DNA of 64,000 bases. It comes from Chiloscyllium plagiosum. Its lineage: Eukaryota. The notes under the pieces are model-generated. The model saw nothing but the letters and a program-made list of their open reading frames with translations. It was not told the DNA's origin and made no database searches. Both the position numbers and the translations under genes were made by a program. Location: positions 18,689,577 through 18,753,576 of the forward strand of contig NC_057718.1 of assembly GCF_004010195.1 (NCBI RefSeq), given 5' to 3'. Shown piece by piece: positions 39,271 to 51,905 of this stretch. Numbering within the stretch: the first letter of the stretch is position 1; every line of letters begins with the position of its first letter.

Positions 39271-40755
39271 ATCACTGTGCTAATGATTGAGAGCAGACTG
39301 TAGAGTAGTAATTAACTAGATTAGATTTGTCATATCTTTCATGGACAGGGCATACCTGGCAATTTTCCACAATGTTGGTTGATATCAATACTATTTCTAG
39401 AATGTTGTCAGAGACCAAGCCTTTGCAATATTCAATGCCTTCAGCCATTTTTGATAACATATGGAAATGATTCTAGTTGGCTGAAGACCAGTTTCTGTGA
39501 TGCTAGAGAGCTTGGGGGCAGCGGAGATAGATCATCTACTTGGCACTTCAGACTGAAGATGAATGCAAACATTTCAGCTTTGTCTTTTACACCACTCTGC
39601 TGAGAAGGCACCTGAGATGGCAATGGATGCTCAGTTGTTGAGTTTATGTATCCAAAACAGAGATGACTAGATTTTTGGATACTAAAGAAACTCAGAGACA
39701 TAGTAATAGTGCAGGAAGTGGAGATGAGAGGTAAGATCGATCCTGATTTTATTGAATGGCAAAGCAAAATGAAAGGGCCAAATGGTTTATTTTAATTGAT
39801 ATTTATTCTCTCCTTATGAAAGTACAATAATTCTCTCTGTATCATAGAATCAAAAGAACAGGAGACCATTCAGCCCACTATGCCAATGTCTGGTCTGTGA
39901 GTTATCCAATCATACTCACCTATCCATTTCTCTGTAATGTCATAATGATCTCCTTTGTGGCCACATGTAATGAATGCATTTGGTACACTGGTAAGACTGT
40001 TAATAGTACATTACATTTATTATTAAAGAAGAATCTGATAGACTATTTGCCACTGGAGACAGAATTGTAGACATGGGAGTTGGTAACACATTCAAGATGC
40101 TTTTGCTGTGCATTAATTATCTGGGTATGTTGTCATTTATTACTGGACTTTTTTATCTCATTATTAATAACCTAAAGTTAAATTGCAAACACACCTCAAT
40201 ATTTTGAAACCCAGCCTAAATGTCACCTCCAGTATAATGATGAATTACACACTGATTACATTATCATATGAATAAAAACATCGACTATTCCCTAATCACA
40301 TCCCATTAAGACAATGAATAAGGTCATTAGTATTCACACCTGAATATATTAACTTTGACCCATCAGGTAATTCTCTTTACCCTTAATTGATTAAGTATCT
40401 TGCACAGATCTGACATCTTCTGTTTTGTTAATTGCTTCACTAGTTCATGTATTATTTTTGTGTGGTTGGGTTGAAAACAAATTTGCCCTTTGCTCACCCA
40501 AAGTAATGTATTTAATCTCTTATTATAATAGCAGGATTGTTTCTCAAATCCTAACAATCTGAGCCCAATTAATAGCAGAATGTTGCAGCCATATTGAGTT
40601 TGAAGATGAAAATAAAATGGTACAAGGTTAAAACCTTGCATCTTCAAGCACTGAGTATTTTCAAGTTCAGAAGGCCATTCAGGCGATAATGTCAGTGCTG
40701 GCTCTTTAAAAGAGCAACCATTGGTTCCAGCCTTTGCATGTTACTCACTGACCTG

Positions 40756-41346
40756 TGTTGTGGACCAGAGCAGACCCCTTCAAAATATTTTAAAAAGGTA
40801 GCCTGGACCCACCTTTTTCTTATTTTAAAGGCAAATGTAAAGTGTCATCTTCCAGATGCTTGATATTAAGCAAAACACAACTTATTTAAACACTATAGTT
40901 AAAATACAACTAAAGAAAGACAAACTTAGAAGAACTTAACTCACTGGAAAACTTAACAGAATAATAGATACAGCAACTATTACCAACACACCGTTCCAGT
41001 ATAGTATCATCCCATAAACACACCCCTTGGTAAAATGGCAAATTCAGAAAAAATATACTTGTTTCACAGTTAACCCAGCAGCAGAGAGAAACCCCAGCTT
41101 CCAACTGTAACCACGAAAGGGGAAAAAAATACCTTCCACATTTGCGAGGCCACAACAGCAACTGCTTAAAGGTAAACTTAAAAACTAAAAGAAAATGAGA
41201 AAGCCTGGTCTGTGAGAGTTGGCTACATCCAGCCAGTCTGCTTTCATTGTTCCTAATTTCTTACAGAAAGCTGGGCACCTCTGGTCCAATCTCTATTTAA
41301 AAAAAAAACAGACAAAAAAACCTTTTAAAGCCACAGCATCATCACA
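40756..41346. mobile_element. Solo LTR, 591 bp, related to 10366-10975 in opposite orientation
   Basis: TGTTGTGG...CATCACA termini; 4-bp TSD CCTG (40752-40755, 41347-41350). Confidence 0.85.
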
Positions 41347-41530
41347 CCTGCAATTACTTTTGTCTTCGAGTTTGAATCCAATTCCCTTTTGAATAGGCTA
41401 AATGGCGTTCTCTGACTCCTACTGGATATGATCTTTATAGATGTCACCATTGAATCTGTTTCGACTACTCTTTCAGGCTGTGTGTAAAACTTTATTTAGA
41501 GATAGATTATCAGGCCTTCCTGAAAGGTCA

Positions 41531-41711
41531 GGGTGGATTGGCCATGCTAAATTGCCCATAGGATCCAGGGATGTGCAGGTGAGGTGAGTTAGCCATGGGA
41601 AATCTGGGGTCACAGGGATAGGGTGGGTCTGGGTGGGACGCTCTTCAGAATATTGATGTGGACTCAATGGGCCAAATTGCCTGGTTCCACACTGTAGAGA
41701 TTCTATGATTC
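41531..41711 (+). mobile_element. HE1-like SINE, 3' half
   Basis: GGTGGATTGGCCATGCTAAATTGCCC...CACACTGTAGAGATTCTATGATTC. Confidence 0.85.
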
Positions 41712-43519
41712 AATGAAATGAGGATTGGAAACTGGCAGGGACAAAATGTAGCTACACCTTCCTGCCTGCCAGTTAACTGAGGTCTATTTTCCAATTGGCC
41801 TTGAGGTTTACTCACTGCTGGGGGCAGTTTGAGTACCTGGAGCTGTGGAACCAATGCCAGGGTATGTACATGGGTGGGCTGAGAGCATCACTTGCTCCAG
41901 ACAGGCCAAGAGGTCCCCCTTGCTTACTGGGTGCAGGAGCAGCCACAGACCACCAAGTCGGTGGGTTTCCCTTCAATACCATGGCCACCCATCCAGTTCT
42001 ATACTGGTTAAATGGCTGCTGAATCAATTTTTCAGTTAAAAAGGTGGCTCCATTTTAAAGTACACTCTCTCCTGTGTTGCAAGCTGTAGCTCCTTTCAAG
42101 GCTGGCAGCCTATGATATGTCCTCCAGCTTCAAAGTCTCTTCTCTCCTTATTTGGACATTAATATGTCTCTACGCCAGTCAAGGGGGTGTGTTGGCAGTA
42201 GACAGGCCTCCTGTTGGGTTTTATTTACTCACTGGCAGACGAGCATAAAATCCAAACCTGTAAAGTTTGCACTTCTTGTCATCAAACATGGGCAAAAGAT
42301 TTGAGGTATAATCTAGAATTTTGCATGCCTTCTCTGTAGTGATACACAAGTTTGAAAGTTTGATTATACACCAATGATACTTCCAAGTATGGGTAACAAT
42401 CAAAAATGCACCACAAATTTGCTTCAAATGAGGAAAAGACGGGATAATGGCACAACATTACACATTGTCACCATCAACAAATGTAAATAAATAACAATTT
42501 GTGTGCAGAACTGTTCAGCACTGAATAATCTACAAATTATAATAGTGCACTCATTTCTATTACAACCACTGGAAAAAAAAACTATAAATAATGTCTGATT
42601 GCAGTGCCAAACAGAAGCAAGGATTAGTATTTGCATTGCATCTTTATCTTTGGGTTTTCTCAGGAGAAAGGCAAGGGAAAATATACTCTCTTAGTTCTGT
42701 CGTGCTCATTTCCTCTTGTGCTAGTGATTATATACCCAATGTTGATTTTTCTTCAACTTGTTAAATTCAATCTTGAAGCGATCTAAATTTAGTAAGTAGA
42801 GTAATTAACAAAGGTGGAAGCAGAACATTGGAAACGGGCAACAGAGAGACAAAGTAACTGGGTATACCTCTGACAGATAAAGTTCAACGAGATAAAAGCG
42901 TGAGTTTTCAGAAAGTCGAAAGGGCTCTGATTTAAGCAAAATAGAGGCACAGACCAGAATCTAGAATTCTTATGTCTGAACACAGAACCCACCATTTCCA
43001 TTGGGTGTGAAGGGGGTGGGAGTGGGAGGTAGTTGACATTTCTGCATTTCACAGCTGCAACAGTACAATTCAGAGAGCAGCTACCTTTTAAACAGAAGCA
43101 AGGTTTGTCATCCAGGTTTCTGAAACATGAGCCATGGGCTTTTGAAGTTTGAGGGAAAGCTGTAAACCAACAGGAGCTCTTTGACAAGGTAAGAGATCTC
43201 TTTGGTACTGTTAAGACTAAACATGACAATGTCAAAAAAGCAGATAAGGTCTTTGGAATGGTCACCCTGTCAAGTTATTTAAATATCCTGCTGTTTAAAT
43301 TTTGGAACAAGTCAGCCAGCATGCATTTGAAAAGAAAATCAGTCTCTGCAATTTCAACAGATATTTGTGACATAAATCTGAATGCTAACATAATATGATT
43401 ACTGTTTGACAAAGAGAAGTCAAAAAGAGGTTATCTATACTTGGTGAATAGCTATGTGAGAGGGGAGTTCTTCAGGGTGGTATTCTAACCTCAAACATTT
43501 TCTATTTTTTTTTGCTATT

Positions 43520-43851
43520 CCTTTACAGGATGTGGTGTCACTCCCAGGCCAGCATTTATTAAGCTAATTGCCCAGAGGGAGCTAAGTGTCAACCATATTG
43601 CTGTGGATCTGGAGACATGTGTAGGCCCGACCAAGTACTGACAGCAGTTTCCTTCCCTAAAGGTTATTAGAGGACCAGATGATTTCTTTTTCAACCATCA
43701 ACAATGATTTCATGGTCATCATTAGACTTCTAATTCCAAACATGTTTTGAATTCAAATTCCACCATCTGCCACAGCAGGATTCAAACCTGGGTCCTCACA
43801 ACAGTCACTGGATTAAAAGCCTAGAGATAATACCACTAGGCCATCACCTCC
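43520..43851 (-). mobile_element. SacSINE1/DeuSINE-like SINE with L2-type tail
   Basis: Minus strand GATGGCCTAGTGGTATT..GGTTTGAATCC..GGCAGATGGTGGAATTTGAATTC; tail AAATGCTGGCC shared with L2. Confidence 0.7.
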
Positions 43852-44697
43852 TCATAGTTGCTTCACAAATGACCTACATTCCATTCTGAGGTCAGAAGTG
43901 GAATTTTTGCTGATGCTTGCACAATGGCGAATATCATCCTGATTCCGCAGATACCGAATCAGTGCATATGCAGAAAGACATGGACAACATCCAGGCTGGA
44001 CTGATAGATGGAAAGTAACAGTTGCGTCACACAAATGCCAGACAATGACTATCTCCAACAATAGAGACTTTAACCTTCAGCATTGATGTTCAATGATATT
44101 ATCATTATTGCATTCTCCACTATCACTATCCTGGGGTATTACAATTGACCAGCCATTTGGCAATTGTGGCTACAAAAGCAGATCCATGACTAGGAATTTT
44201 CCTGTCTTCCCAACTAAAAGGCATAAATCAGAATTGTGATGGAATACTCTCCAATGTATGAATGGGTGCAGGTCCAACAACACTCAAGAAGCTCAGCACC
44301 ATCCAGAACTAAGCAGTCTCCTTGATTGGCACACCATCCACAACTTTCAGCATTCACTCCCTCCACCACCATTGCACTGTGGTAGCAGTGTGTACCATTT
44401 ACAAGTTCACCAAAGTAACTCATCAAAGCTCCTTCAACAATACCTTCTAAAGAAAGTACCTAGAAGGGCAAGTGCAGCAAGTACAGGGGAACACCACTGC
44501 TTGCAAGCTCACCTCCAAATTACCCACTGTCCTGATTTGGAACCATTCCTTCATTGTTGCCTGGTCAAAAGCCTGGATCTCTCTTTCTAACAGCTGTGTG
44601 GATGTCCCTACAGCCCAAGGACTGCATCATTTGAGGAAGGCAGTCACTTCCGTCACATTCTCCTGCATAATGTCCATGTCGCATGAATGAATAAAAA
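43852..44697 (+). mobile_element. L2 LINE 3' fragment
   Basis: Homologous to 36095-37010; ends GAATGAATAAAAA. Confidence 0.82.
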
Positions 44698-44776
44698 CAT
44701 GGAAATGTTTGAGTTATAAGAGATGAGTACTTGAAGTGACTTAAATATGTTGAAAAGGCTTTTATCAATGAGAGTT

Positions 44777-44970
44777 GAAAAGTGAGGCACTGGAAAAACA
44801 CAGCAGGTTAGGCAGCATCCGAGGAGCAGGAGAGTCAATGTTTTGGGCATAAGTCCTTCATCAGGCCAAATGTTGATTCTCCAGCTCCTCGGATGCTGCC
44901 TGACCTGCTGTGCTTTTCCAGTGCCGCACTTTTCGACTCTGACTCTCCCACATCTGCAATCCTCACTTTC
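44777..44970. mobile_element. Palindromic PLE mini-element
   Basis: Inverted arms; 17-bp TSD TTTTAT(C/G)AATGAGAGTT at 44760-44776 and 44971-44987. Confidence 0.85.
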
Positions 44971-45229
44971 TTTTATGAATGAGAGTTATATTTTTAATAA
45001 AATGAAGGCTTCAATAGATACGGAGAAGGTTATTTTACTTCATCTGAGTATGGCACTTCATGTCAGGCCATGGTTGCTACTGGGTCAGTTGGCATTGAAG
45101 ACACAAGGGCAAAGTGTGGTGGTGGGTCATAGGTTTGGATGAGTTGCATAAGTTGGAATAGGGAATATAAAGGGATAGGGGGATGAGTTAGGGGAAAGGA
45201 AGCTGTTGGTTGCCATGAGTTGGTATTAG

Positions 45230-45605
45230 GTTGGTGTGGAGGGAGGTCTAAGTGGTTGGTTGTAATTAGGTTGATGCCAGCCCCTGAATAAAGTCATGTT
45301 ATCCCCTGCCAACTGCCATTCCCGTGCATCATCGGTATTAGCAAGATCACCGGATAGGCTTCGACACAGTAGCCATTTACGACTTTGTGCCAGCGAAAAG
45401 GTACTGGCCACAAAGGAACTCCCACCCCCACCAAGTGGGTTGGCATGTGGACACATAACCAGCAGCGGGTGTCTCTCCTCATTACACGGGCTGTCTGGGA
45501 AGCCAGGTGCAAAAAGCTTTTATGCAGAGGGGTGTCAGTTTAAAATCCATCTGTTCCCAAGGTCACAGTCCCCACAGTCACCACAGTCACAAGTATGGAA
45601 GGCAT
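45230..45605 (-). pseudogene. env: ERV env N-terminus (signal peptide and SU CWLC motif), truncated
   Basis: MPSILVTVVTVGTVTLG...FLHLASQTARVMRRDTRCWLCVHMP, immediately after the integrase end. Confidence 0.7.
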
Positions 45606-45609
45606 CTTT

Positions 45610-47360
45610 GTTGTTATCGGAGTCGGTTTCCACGCTGATTCTTTTGCAGTCGGTTCTATGTATTCTGTGGGGCTGCCTTTGTACCTTCACAGCCATGGGG
45701 GTGGTCAACAGCACCTAAAACAGTCCTTACCATCTTGGTCCCAGCTTCTTTCATTCCAAGTCCTGGCTCGGCAGCGCGGTACTCCCCTTCAGGCAGATCA
45801 CCGATCTCTCGGTAAGCCTGGCATACCTGCGAATGCAAATTTTGGAGAGATTGGTTAGCCCCTGCAGGTAAGCCCTGACCTCCTCTCCCAGGGTGTTCAT
45901 ATCTGGTCTCTCAGGGAGGGGGGGGGGGGGGGGGGGAGGATCGGACTATCCCATGGGGTCCTCATGGATTTCCCGTAAACCACCTCAGCAGGAGACAGAC
46001 TGGTTTTGCTTGAAGGGGTAACCCTCATGTGGAAGAGGGCCAAGGGTAGGACCTTCAACCAACCTCTCCCTGTTTCCTGTTTTAGTATGGCCAGCTTATT
46101 TTTTTGGGGGGTACCATTTGCTCATTCCATCACTCCAGCCACCTTTAGGTGGTGAGTGCAGTGGAATTGTTGTTTTATTGCGAGTTCCCTGCAGATCCCC
46201 TGGTTAATTTTAGCCACAAAGTATAGCCCATTGTCTGAGCTTATTGTCTCTGGGAGTCCATAGTGGGGAATTATTTCTCTCAACAATATTTTTACCACTG
46301 TTGCAGCCGTGTTGTCTGTTGTTGGGATTGCCTCAGTCCATCCGCTGAATACATCTACTATTACAAAACAATACTTATAACATTGCTCCCTGGTTAATTC
46401 TATGAAATCCAGTTGTAGACAATTGAAAGGCCCACCAGGCAAGGAGGTAGTCCCTGAACTGCAAGGTATCCCATTTCCAGCATTAGTCTTTCTGCGGATC
46501 ATGCTTTGGCTTGTTTCTCAGCTATTGTTTTGGAAATCAGGGTGCCACCAGGTTTGTAGCAAAATGCTGACCATTCCCTCCTTGCCTCGGTGTGTACCGT
46601 TATGTACATAATCCACCAAGATTGGTCAAAGCAAAGAAGGAACATAGACCTGTCCCACAGTTTGCTATGAACATCAAGGGTGCACCCCATCTGTAACCCA
46701 CAGTCTGTGTTCCTCTGTAGGGGCGTCCCCCTGGTAAGAAAGTATCTCACCCATGTCTGGCATACCCGTCCTCATACTTTTTGTAACGAGGCGTTGCTGT
46801 GAGCCCATTGGAACCAGGAAAGTGGACTGTAACGCTGCCTGCTTGCTGGCGGCATCTATTTGCATGTTGCCCTTGGAGATTCTGTCAGCGGTACCAGTGT
46901 GAGCTTAACATTTGATCATCGCTAGGCTGGATGGTAACTGCAAGGCCTGCAAAAGATTATACACAAAAACAGCGTTACTAATGGGTTGCCCGATGGAGAT
47001 TAAAAATCTCCTATGTTCCCATAAGGCGCCATGGTCGTGGGCAACACCGAAAGCAGAATGAGAGTCCGTATAAATATTGGCCAAACTCCCTTCCGCCCGG
47101 ATGCAAGCCCGAGTGAGGGCAAACAATTCAGCCTTCTGTCCTGACAGTGGAATCTCAAAGCCACTGGATCAACCACTTCAGAATCCATCGCAATCGTGTA
47201 TCTGGAGCATCACTGACCTGTAGGTGAAATAAAACAGCTGCCATCCACATAAAAAGCAAAGTCCGCATGTTCAAGTGGCAGGTCTGAGGTATTTCTGTCC
47301 CAATGAAATTCATCAGGACTGGCTGAAGGTGCATTGTGATCATGGGGCAGCTGAACAATC
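45610..47360 (-). pseudogene. pol: ERV pol remnant: RNase H and integrase
   Basis: FYVDGS, AELFALTRAC..ANIYTDS..FGVAHD; PGGPF..LQLDFIEL..VIVDVFSGWTEA.P..REIIPHYGLPETISSDNG; C-terminal PRW*G.F*VLLTTP.AVKV. Confidence 0.93.
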
Positions 47361-48175
47361 TCAGTTTTTGTGTGACTTGGGGTTGTTCTGGTCATCCCAA
47401 TAATAAATAAGGGCTCTCCTCATCTGTGTCCTGGTGTTCTCAGACCAATCCATATTATATGTGCATACCATACACGTGACACTCGAGGTGTCCTCTTTGA
47501 ATCTGTTGTTTAATTCATCGTAAGTCTGGGCTGGTCCCTTTCCGTCACCCTTGCCCATTTGTTCCTGCCACTTAGTAACTTTCTCTAGTGACAAGATCAT
47601 ACAACAGAGGGCAAACAGATCCCAAGGTGTTGCATTGTCCATTTGAATTGTGTGCCAGACATATTGGGTGAATTGGATAGGTTTATCTTTAGCGACTGGA
47701 GCCTGATTCATTATCATGATCATCGCTTGGGGTTTCCAGGGGACATAGATCCCGATAATTGGTGGCTTGTCTTCCTCATCTGCCTTGGGGTTCAGTAGCT
47801 GTCTTATGGGGAGCACAGTTTTGGGTGAGTGACATGGAGATGGTGAACTCCAGTGCAAAGGTAACAGGGTGCCGCTGGTTTCCTAGAGCACATCTTAACC
47901 CGATCAGCTATACAGGTTTTCTCAGGACTCGGGTACAGCAACGGGGACGGAGTCATAGGGGGCTCAACGGGAGGCACCAGGGTAGCATCCCCATTCCCCC
48001 TCTACCTCGGTATCATTCCCTCCCTCCTCAAACAGGGTTGGTATGCCACACCTGAGCTCAGGATCCCAAGAAATGCTTAAGTTCTCCAGCTTTGTTGCTT
48101 TAGCCCCTCTTATTTATCTTATTCAGCTTTAGCTTCTTTATGCTGTTTCTCCTGTTCCCTTTTTCTTAAAATGCC
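47361..48175 (-). pseudogene. gag: ERV gag (capsid-like) remnant
   Basis: YVPWKP...P.AKDKPIQF...ATPWDLFAL and a proline-rich upstream segment, directly 5' of RNase H. Confidence 0.6.
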
Positions 48176-51100
48176 ATTAATACATCCAATAAAGTATTAC
48201 CTCCATACTGAATAGAAATAGTAGTGTAAAGAATCCTATCAATTAGATTTGTCCTACTCCTAGGCAAGCTTATCGAGTAAAAATAAAAGTGGCTACCGCG
48301 GAAAAGCTTCAACCTCTTGTTTCAGTGCCAGTGCTTTGCATGAGGAACACAAAGTCTCACTTTCCCTTAATGGTTCCTCACTTGCTTTGCTACCTCCATG
48401 TTTCCTCATATTGGCATAACTTCTGTCACCAATTGAACATTAATCAATGCAGCCATCCTTTAAAGTAACCATGAGGCAATGACACAGATCACTGACAATG
48501 TAGAAAGGTATGAAGCCTTGCCAATTAATTAATTAACTGTGATAATGCAGTTCAGGATAGTACAAATTGTTTTAAAATATTGAGTAATAAGCATATTTAA
48601 TGAGAGACAGAAACTGAACAAGTGACTAGACATCGTATTGTGAAGTAATAAGAACGAATAAACAGATTTCAAAGCCAAAGAAATGATTCAAATTTTAGTG
48701 TTGTATATATGAAATTGAGCAGGATTACATGCATATCCTACTTAGCTGACCAACTCACAAGTTTTCTTTCCTATCGAGTAGGAGTTTTGTTAAGAGTCTT
48801 TAATATAAACTGAAAATTCAATGGAACTGATCCCTTTGTGGCTTTCTAACTTCCTCAGTATAATACCTCAGGAATGGAGGAGCCTCACTCATGGGAAATG
48901 AGCCAACAGCCTCATGGAGTATCTGTAAACACCCACAACCCAGAGATATTAAGAATTAGCAGCTAACTATGAGCGCAGCAGTATTAGCCAAATGTTTAGC
49001 TAGAGGTGCAGCTAGTTCTGTTGCACAAATCATCAGTCAGAGAGATGTTGTCAGGGCCCTTAGGTTTACCTGTACGTAACATGCTCAGCCTGTTTCCCAA
49101 TATCATGTGGAGGGAATCAAGTTGGCTAAAAGACTGTGCACTGGCAGCTCCGTAATCCCACTGACATCACTGGGATTGCAACTCGTCCCCAGTTTTGAAG
49201 AACCAGGAGCCCAGGACACAAGGGTCACATGACACAGATCAGAAGGAAGCCACTGGGTAGAGGTTGAGTTGAAAAGGACAGGAGGGAAGGTCAGTTGTGA
49301 TGGGAGGTGAGGGAGACGTGTGACACTTTGGTACAGATACCTCATTCATGGAAGGGATCCTGCACCCAAGGCCTAAGCAGGGGTGACCTCCAGTTCCCTC
49401 ACCACTAAAACACTCTTGTCCCCTATCCTTGGCTGATGTGGCCATTCATTTAGCTGCTTAAGAGTTTCAGTAAGTGGACTGCCCCAGGCCTCCCCACTCT
49501 CTCAAATTTCAGACAGGTTGAGGGCAAGTGGGAAGGCTAGCTGGGGAATTTTGCAGGTCCCTACATTTACAAATCTGCTGGTTGCAGGGGACTCGTCAAA
49601 TTCTGCCCAATGTCAATGCTAAGAGGATGAGAATGGTTGCGAGTATAAAAAAGTGCAATGAAGCCAGAGGAATATAATTTTTAAAATGTGCTGAGCTGAT
49701 ACTTTGTATTTACTTACAATAAGGATCATTTACTGCCAATTAGCACAGGAAACACTGACTCAGCTGTAGCATCCATAAAGGAACTGGAACAGTTTAACAG
49801 CAAATAGGTGTAAAAAGATATAAAAATGAAAAATAGTTCCATCAGGTTTGGGACCAGAATGGCAATTTTAATATTATAAATTAGTTGAATTACATTTCAC
49901 CGACCAATGTCCTTGTGATGTGAGGTTTCTAAAGTAAAATATTTGGTAGCATATAATACAAAATCTATAGGAATGTGGGTGGCGGGGGGGGGGGGGGGGG
50001 TGCTATGGAGGGCCTTGTTAATATGAATTAGTAAGTGGCCAAAACATTCAAGTGTCAGCAAGGCGGCTACTCTTCCCTACAATTGCAATGGGTTTGACTA
50101 CAATCTTACAAAGCTCTACAACTGCACATGGGCCCTTCAGGATCGAGAAAAAGGCTTTTCTTTTGAGGGAATGTGTTGTTCTGATAAAGTGGGCTTTGCT
50201 CTCAAAATATGAACTTGTCCTTTATTTTCAGATATTGATAGATCTCCCACGTGTGTCCATTTCATAGTGCTTTGCTTTCAAATTGTCAGCACATTACTTC
50301 AAATCTCTCTTACAATCCACCTGGCAATGAAGCATTTCTCCCTGGTGAGTAAATGAAATGCTGGCATCTCAAGTTGTACAGCACTGTGTAAGCAGCACAA
50401 GCTTGCTTGGAATTCAAATGGAAGGATTATTTTATTGTCTACTTCCATAAATGCAGCAGCACTTTATTTTCAAATAAATATGAGTGAAGTTGGGAACTTT
50501 GCTCAGTTGTCCCTGTACATTATGTTTGGCAGCTGCTGCTCTTTAACCTTCAAAGGCTCTGCAGGAGATCAAGTATTCGGTCAATGTTGCACTAGTTAAC
50601 TCAGTTGACAGTATCCTATATTCATTTGTGGAGATGCATTTTAGGGTTTGAAGTTCAGCTGGTATCTTATCTGCTTAACTGGTTTACACCCTAATTGTCT
50701 AGTGGCATTATTGCAGGGAATTGCGAGTGTCACAGCCAGCAGTCTTGTCCACCAGAAGAGGGTTTAGCTTGCCATACAGCCCCCTGTGGTTTGTAGCACA
50801 TAGTGGTTGCAGCATTTGATTGCATTGGCCTAAGGCTTAACAGTTCCCTTGTAGCTCCTTCATTCCATACATAATGCAAATAATATGAATAATAGTCAAT
50901 ATTTCATCGTCAAGCCAAACAAGAAAAAAGGCAACATCCTTTTATCTATAATGTCATCAATATAACGCATTTGTTTATGTCATATACACATTTACTGTCG
51001 TGGTAACTCTGAACCTCTGACAAGTTGGAGAGAATTTACAGCTCCATAGAGTGTAATCAAACTGTACACAGCATGATAGATAGGAGAAATGGATTTAGAA

Positions 51101-51383
51101 AACAGGAAATTCATCATAGCCCGAATTAAATTGTGTAAAGTTACTATGTCCTGAATCGTAGACTTTACAGACAGAATGGTTGTAGGCTCAAACAATTGGC
51201 CTCAGGACACCTGGATTGGGGACAGCAGATGTCAAAGGCAGTTCCCACTCTTGACTGCAATGTACTGACTTTCTGTTGGTATCAGGTACATATTTTGAAT
51301 GGTTGTATGTCATTACCATGTATATTGGGAGTTACACAGCACACAGTGAAGATGAAGGATAACATTGAGTTCAATGTCTATTG

Positions 51384-51504
51384 AGGAGAAAGTGAGGTCT
51401 GCAGATGCTGGAGATCAGAGCTGGAAATGTGTTGCTGGAAAAGCGCAGCAGGTCAGCCAGCATCCAGGGAACAGGAGAATCGACGTTTCGGGCATAAGCC
51501 CTTC
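51384..51504 (-). mobile_element. Solo PLE pLTR truncated within the hammerhead core
   Basis: Perfect 14-bp TSD TTCAATGTCTATTG at 51370-51383 and 51505-51518. Confidence 0.88.
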
Positions 51505-51672
51505 TTCAATGTCTATTGGCCCTACACCAGCACAAGGAAACATTTGCAGGGCTAGGAGGAAAGAATAAAAGAGTGGGACTAAACCTACAACTCAAAAAGC
51601 TAGTTCAAGCATGATGACATAGGTGGTTTACCATTATATAATTCACAGAATGGTACCCAAACTATTTTGAGT

Positions 51673-51905
51673 CTAGATTAGAGTGATGCTGGTAAAGCAC
51701 AGCAGTTCAGGCAGCATCCGAGGAGCAGTAAAATCGACGTTTCGGGCAAAAGCCCTTCATCGGGAATATAGGATTCCTGATGAAGGGCTTTTCCCCGAAA
51801 CGTCGATTTTACTGCTCCTCGGATGCTGCCTAAACTGCTGTGATTTTCCAGCACCACTCTAATCTAGACTCTGGTTTCCAGCATCTGCAGTCATTGTTTT
51901 TACCT
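51673..51905. mobile_element. Near-perfect palindromic PLE mini-element with back-to-back hammerhead motifs
   Basis: About 95-bp arms around a 5-nt spacer (51768-51772), plus an unpaired extension of about 35 nt; 14-bp TSD AAACTATTTTGAGT at 51659-51672 and 51906-51919. Confidence 0.92.
51773..51808 (+). ncRNA. Minimal hammerhead ribozyme motif
   Basis: ATTC-CTGATGA-A-GGGC TTTT CCCC-GAAAC-GTC-GATT; mirror copy on the minus strand at 51732-51767 (CCGATGA variant). Confidence 0.65.

Noticed and set aside
45916..45938. Long G runs (also about 23999-24011 and 49984-50000) as G-quadruplex signals
   Set aside because: Homopolymers of unreliable length; no supporting context.
49100..49610. Possible Harbinger transposase trace (LNLYPVASF)
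   Set aside because: Motif too short and degenerate to support a call.
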